Below are positions 60,062-64,000 of a DNA stretch of 64,000 bases, piece after piece; position 1 is the first letter of the stretch; each line of letters starts with the position of its first letter. The notes beneath the pieces are model-generated. The model searched no databases and had not been told where the DNA came from. It saw only the letters and a program-made list of their open reading frames with translations. A program made the position numbers and the translations under genes. The DNA is from an uncultured Gammaproteobacteria bacterium (GTDB lineage Bacteria; Pseudomonadota; Gammaproteobacteria; SZUA-229): assembly GCA_963803185.1 (NCBI GenBank), contig CAWDMF010000013.1, forward strand, positions 12,067 to 76,066, read 5' to 3'.

Positions 60062-61597
60062 TTATCGCTGAGAGCCGACTTTACTGTTCTTATTCTTGTT
60101 CTTATTCTTATTCTTGTTCTTATTCTTGTTTTTTTTCTGTTTTGCTACATCATTACGCTGATCTGATAAGCGCTCAAAATATGCCGCATCAACATCTTGC
60201 GTCACATAAATACCATCAAAACAGGAGCTATCAAAAGCGGTTATTTTTTCATTACCTTTACGTACAGCAGTAATTAAATCTTCCAGGTCCTGATAAACCA
60301 GCCAGTCGGCACCAATAATTTTGGTTATCTCTTCAACCGTTCTGTTATGCGCAACAAATTCAGCATGTGATGCCATATCAATGCCATAAACATTTGGATA
60401 GCGCACGGGTGGGGCCGCTGACGCCATGTATACTTTTTTTGCACCGGATTCCCTTGCCATCTGTACAATTTGCTTGGAGGTAGTACCACGCACAATAGAG
60501 TCATCGACCAACAATACATTTTTACCAGCAAATTCCAGTTCAATAGGATTGAGCTTTTGGCGCACCGACCGTTTACGCTCCTGTTGCCCAGGCATAATAA
60601 AGGTACGCCCGATGTAGCGGTTTTTGATGAAGCCTTCACGATATTTCACGTTCAGATGATAGGCAACTTCCAGTGCAGTACTACGACTGGTATCAGGAAT
60701 AGGAATAACAACATCGATATCATGATCGGGCCTTTCGCGCAGGATTTTCTGCACCAGTGTTTGCCCCATACGTAAACGAGCTTTATAAACCAGCACACCA
60801 TCCAGAAGTGAATCCGGCCGTGCAAAATAAACATATTCAAATATACAGGGCGATAGCTTAGAATTTTCTGCACATTGCTTGCTAAAAAAATCACCCTGTT
60901 CACTTATAAAAACTGCCTCGCCCGGTGCAACGTCACGTACCAGTTCAAAACCCTGTGCCTGTAATGCAACACTTTCAGATGCCACCATATAGTCAGTGCC
61001 CTGTGCAGTTTCGCGAACACCATAAACCAGTGGTCGAATACCATTGGGATCACGTATCGCTAAAACACCCTTACCTGCGACCATGGCAACCACAGCATAA
61101 CCACCACGACAGCGGCGATGAATAGCAGACACAGCGGTAAAAATATCTTCGTGATCAAAATCCGGCTTAGCGATTATCTGTAATTCATGAGCAAAAATAT
61201 TAAGCAGGGCTTCTGTATCTGAATCAGTATTTAGGTGACGTAAGTCAGACAGAAACAATTGCTCTTTGAGTTCATCGGCATTGGTCAGGTTGCCATTATG
61301 TGCCAGTGCGATACCATACGGCGAGTTCACATACAAAGGTTGCGACTCTGCTGACGACGAGGTACCCGCTGTAGGGTAACGAACATGAGCAATGCCCATT
61401 TTCCCCGGTAAATTTTCCATGTGTTTTTTGTAAAACACATCACGCACCAGTCCATTACTTTTGCGCATATAAAAACGGCCGTTTTCACACGTTGTTATAC
61501 CTGCCGCGTCCTGACCACGGTGTTGCAAAACAGACAATGATTCGTATAGATCAAGATTAACTGCGCTATGCGCAACAATACCGGCAATACCACACAT
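60062..61597 (-). CDS. purF: amidophosphoribosyltransferase with unusual C-terminal (Lys-Asn)8 tail
   Basis: MCGIAGI N-terminal nucleophile, PRTase motif [12 protein letters not shown]; dedD-cvpA-purF synteny. Confidence 0.95.
   Translation of the reverse strand: MCGIAGIVAHSAVNLDLYESLSVLQHRGQDAAGITTCENGRFYMRKSNGLVRDVFYKKHMENLPGKMGIAHVRYPTAGTSSSAESQPLYVNSPYGIALAHNGNLTNADELKEQLFLSDLRHLNTDSDTEALLNIFAHELQIIAKPDFDHEDIFTAVSAIHRRCRGGYAVVAMVAGKGVLAIRDPNGIRPLVYGVRETAQGTDYMVASESVALQAQGFELVRDVAPGEAVFISEQGDFFSKQCAENSKLSPCIFEYVYFARPDSLLDGVLVYKARLRMGQTLVQKILRERPDHDIDVVIPIPDTSRSTALEVAYHLNVKYREGFIKNRYIGRTFIMPGQQERKRSVRQKLNPIELEFAGKNVLLVDDSIVRGTTSKQIVQMARESGAKKVYMASAAPPVRYPNVYGIDMASHAEFVAHNRTVEEITKIIGADWLVYQDLEDLITAVRKGNEKITAFDSSCFDGIYVTQDVDAAYFERLSDQRNDVAKQKKNKNKNKNKNKNKNKNSKVGSQR
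60086..60130. repeat. hexanucleotide microsatellite (gttctt/attctt)x7-8 inside purF 3' end
   Basis: seen directly; encodes [16 protein letters not shown] on minus strand. Confidence 0.85.
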
Positions 61598-61608
61598 ATG
61601 AAAGCTCT

Positions 61609-62118
61609 TTAGGGTGCTGGTGCAGGTTTATAGGAAAGATTCAGGTCTTCAGGAATATATTCCTGGATAACAATAGCGCTGCTTTCAAACCATTGCAATA
61701 ATGTTGATGACTGCCACCACTCCGTTTCAGGCAAGGGTGTCATGCCGCCGATAACAACAAAAACAATAATAATTAAGCCACCGCGTAAGATGCCAAAAAC
61801 CACACCAAAAACACGGTCGGCGCCTGACAGCCCCGTCTTTTTCACTACCTGGGACACTAGCATATTAACTAAAGCACCTACCATCAGCGTGAGTACAAAT
61901 AACACACCAAAACCGATGGCCTGGCGCACGGCTTCTGATTCAATATTACTGGGTAAAGCGTCGGCTAATTGAGGGGCAAAGGTAGCTGCCAGCCAGATAG
62001 CAATAATCCAGGTCGCCAGTGAGATAGCTTCTTTAACAAACCCTCTGAGCAAACTAAATAAAGCTGACAGGAAAATTACAAATATTACGACTACGTCTAC
62101 AACTGTCATGAAGATCAC
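61609..62118 (-). CDS. cvpA: colicin V production protein CvpA
   Basis: 4-TM protein, upstream of purF. Confidence 0.85.
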   Translation of the reverse strand: MIFMTVVDVVVIFVIFLSALFSLLRGFVKEAISLATWIIAIWLAATFAPQLADALPSNIESEAVRQAIGFGVLFVLTLMVGALVNMLVSQVVKKTGLSGADRVFGVVFGILRGGLIIIVFVVIGGMTPLPETEWWQSSTLLQWFESSAIVIQEYIPEDLNLSYKPAPAP

Positions 62119-62219
62119 ATGTGTTTTTCTAAAGGGGTATTATACGCTTTTGTAAGCACTCTGAAAATGCAGTGAAATAACATAGTTTCACTAAGCCGGA
62201 TATTTCATTGGAACACAGA

Positions 62220-62711
62220 TTAAGGATGATTGACAACGTAAGCATCTATTTTGTGTGATTTTTTGAGATCTTTTTTCCATTTTTCTAGAACACTATGCTC
62301 TAGTTCCGGCCCCACTCTTACCTTATAGCTGGTTTTCCCCCTGGACTGCGACTTCTGAACAAAGGTGGTATAACCGGCTTTTCTCAAGGTATTACGCAAT
62401 TTTTCCGCGTTCTCCTTGCTACTGAAGGTGCCAACTTGCAAAGCAAATGATTTAATCGCTTTTTTATGCGATTTTTCCGGGTCAGACTTAATCGCTTTCT
62501 CCTGTTGCGCTTTGATTTCTACTAATGGTGTTGCAATAGGCTTAAGCTTTTTCTGTTTTAACGGGGGGAACTCAGGTTTATCCTTGATTTCAATATCCTT
62601 TACCTGCCTGGATTTATAACCGGAGCCATCTAATAGTGCCGGTATAAAAATAACACCCAGGGTAACCAGGACAATGGCTCCGACAATACGTTGCTGGAAT
62701 TGCACTTCCAT
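62220..62711 (-). CDS. dedD: cell division protein DedD (SPOR domain)
   Basis: N-terminal TM, C-terminal SPOR FALQVGTFSSKENAEKLRNTLRKAGY. Confidence 0.75.
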   Translation of the reverse strand: MEVQFQQRIVGAIVLVTLGVIFIPALLDGSGYKSRQVKDIEIKDKPEFPPLKQKKLKPIATPLVEIKAQQEKAIKSDPEKSHKKAIKSFALQVGTFSSKENAEKLRNTLRKAGYTTFVQKSQSRGKTSYKVRVGPELEHSVLEKWKKDLKKSHKIDAYVVNHP

Positions 62712-64000
62712 TTATTTTATAGACTCCACAACGTTTGTATTTACCTCAGAGAAAAATTGCATGGCTTGTGCTACTGTATAGAACGAACCAAAAATTATAA
62801 TACGGTCATTTTTATTAGCTTTAGACAGCACAAGGGCACAGGCCTGTTTCACCGATTTTGCTGACAGAACTGTATCGTGCAATATTTTACACTGATTTTC
62901 CTCATTTGTTGCCTTAATAAAATCAACAGGCAGATTTTCTATCAATGCCTGCACAGACAAACCACGTGACGTGTTTTGCAGACCCGCAAAACACCATTTG
63001 TCGATGTCTGCTGCGACGCTTTTTATAACGCCTTTTATGTCCTTATCTGACAGCATCGCCATAATAGCCCAGGTAGTAGACTGCCCGCTGGTATTATCGA
63101 CGGAACCGGATTTTAATTGTGATGCCAGGGCCTGTGCAGCTTGCAGGTTATGCGCCACATCAACATAGACCCGTGGGTTTGTATGTATTAGCTGAAAACG
63201 GCCAGATAACTTTATTTGCTTTAATGCCCTGCTTATTACTGTTCTAAATGATTTCGTCAATTGCAAACAGGGCAAGGAAGGTAACATTTTTTTAGCCTGC
63301 AAAGCTTGTAAAGCCAGTATAGCTGTGGCCGCATTTAAATATTGAAAGTCTCCAGCCAAACAGGGTTTTGCTAACTCAGATATATCTGCATAGCAACTTT
63401 TCAGATTCCAGCTAGCATCTGAATGATTAATATAAACCTCATAATCACAACCCGCCCGAATTAATTTACACTGTAATTTTTCTGCGTGCTGTAGCACACT
63501 GGCAGGGACATCACGTTCGCCACATATCACCGCTCTGCCCTGGCGAAAAACACCGGCTTTTTCATAACCAATAGATTCTCTATTATCACCCAGCCAGTCA
63601 ACATGATCGATTGCCACAGAGGTTAACACACAAACATCAGAATCCATGATGTTCACTGCATCCAGTCGACCACCAAGTCCAACTTCCAGTATAACCAGGT
63701 CAGGCTGCTGTTTAAAAAACAACTCAATTGCGGCAAGCGTGCCGAACTCAAAATAGGTGAGCTGGATATTGCCACGCGCCTGATCTATACGTTCAAAAGC
63801 TTGACACAATACATCATCATCAACCGGCTGCGCATTGATTTTAATTCGTTCATTATATTGAAAAATATGTGGAGAGGTATAACTGCAAACTTTTAAGCCC
63901 GCTGCTTTTGCTATTGCTTCAAGCGTGGCAACAACAGAGCCTTTTCCATTAGTACCAGCAACCGTTATCAGTGGACAGTTGAATGAACTTGATAAGCCTG
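62712..64000 (-). CDS. folC: bifunctional folylpolyglutamate synthase/dihydrofolate synthase, N-terminus beyond window end
   Basis: reading frame continues upstream of listed Met through ITVAGTNGKGS P-loop to window end; C-terminus GSFYTVAQAM. Confidence 0.85.
   Translation of the reverse strand, partial: GLSSSFNCPLITVAGTNGKGSVVATLEAIAKAAGLKVCSYTSPHIFQYNERIKINAQPVDDDVLCQAFERIDQARGNIQLTYFEFGTLAAIELFFKQQPDLVILEVGLGGRLDAVNIMDSDVCVLTSVAIDHVDWLGDNRESIGYEKAGVFRQGRAVICGERDVPASVLQHAEKLQCKLIRAGCDYEVYINHSDASWNLKSCYADISELAKPCLAGDFQYLNAATAILALQALQAKKMLPSLPCLQLTKSFRTVISRALKQIKLSGRFQLIHTNPRVYVDVAHNLQAAQALASQLKSGSVDNTSGQSTTWAIMAMLSDKDIKGVIKSVAADIDKWCFAGLQNTSRGLSVQALIENLPVDFIKATNEENQCKILHDTVLSAKSVKQACALVLSKANKNDRIIIFGSFYTVAQAMQFFSEVNTNVVESIK

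Overview
The window is a 64 kb chromosomal segment from an AT-rich (about 38-42% GC) gammaproteobacterium. Its housekeeping synteny resembles that of E. coli: ppc (3' end), pcnB-folK-panBCD, htpG, rpsP-rimM-trmD-rplS, ffh divergent from ypjD-yfjD, radA, xseB-ispA-dxs, queD-folE2, chrA, dapA-bamC divergent from gcvR-bcp, ycaO, proS, dedD-cvpA-purF and folC (5' end beyond the window). There are many small envelope and c-di-GMP proteins. No rRNA, tRNA or CRISPR was found.

The main finding is a roughly 6.5 kb block at about 27.9-34.4 kb that is about 60% GC, far above the flanking DNA, so it was probably acquired horizontally. It carries a single minus-strand operon with 4-nt start/stop overlaps. 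In transcription order it encodes:
- a Sec-secreted RTX-like Ca-binding beta-roll protein,
- a MacB/LolD-type ABC ATPase,
- an FtsX/MacB-type permease with a large periplasmic domain,
- a signal-peptide-bearing NifX/NafY-like cofactor-binding protein,
- a LolA-like periplasmic carrier,
- an outer-membrane beta-barrel,
- a c3-type tetraheme cytochrome c carrying a 1-nt frameshift inside its second CxxCH motif.
I read this as a candidate, previously uncharacterised envelope-spanning export or tethering module.

The intergenic regions carry at least two families of palindromic MITE/REP-like elements. One, with tandem GAACGCAAAT arms, has seven or more copies. The other is an AT-rich AACTTAT/AAGTTTT type. 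Other features are:
- a 330-bp block of interleaved inverted repeats,
- a hexanucleotide microsatellite giving PurF a (Lys-Asn)n tail,
- a sigma-32 promoter for htpG,
- a 40-bp perfect AT palindrome ahead of queD-folE2,
- a few probable gene remnants.
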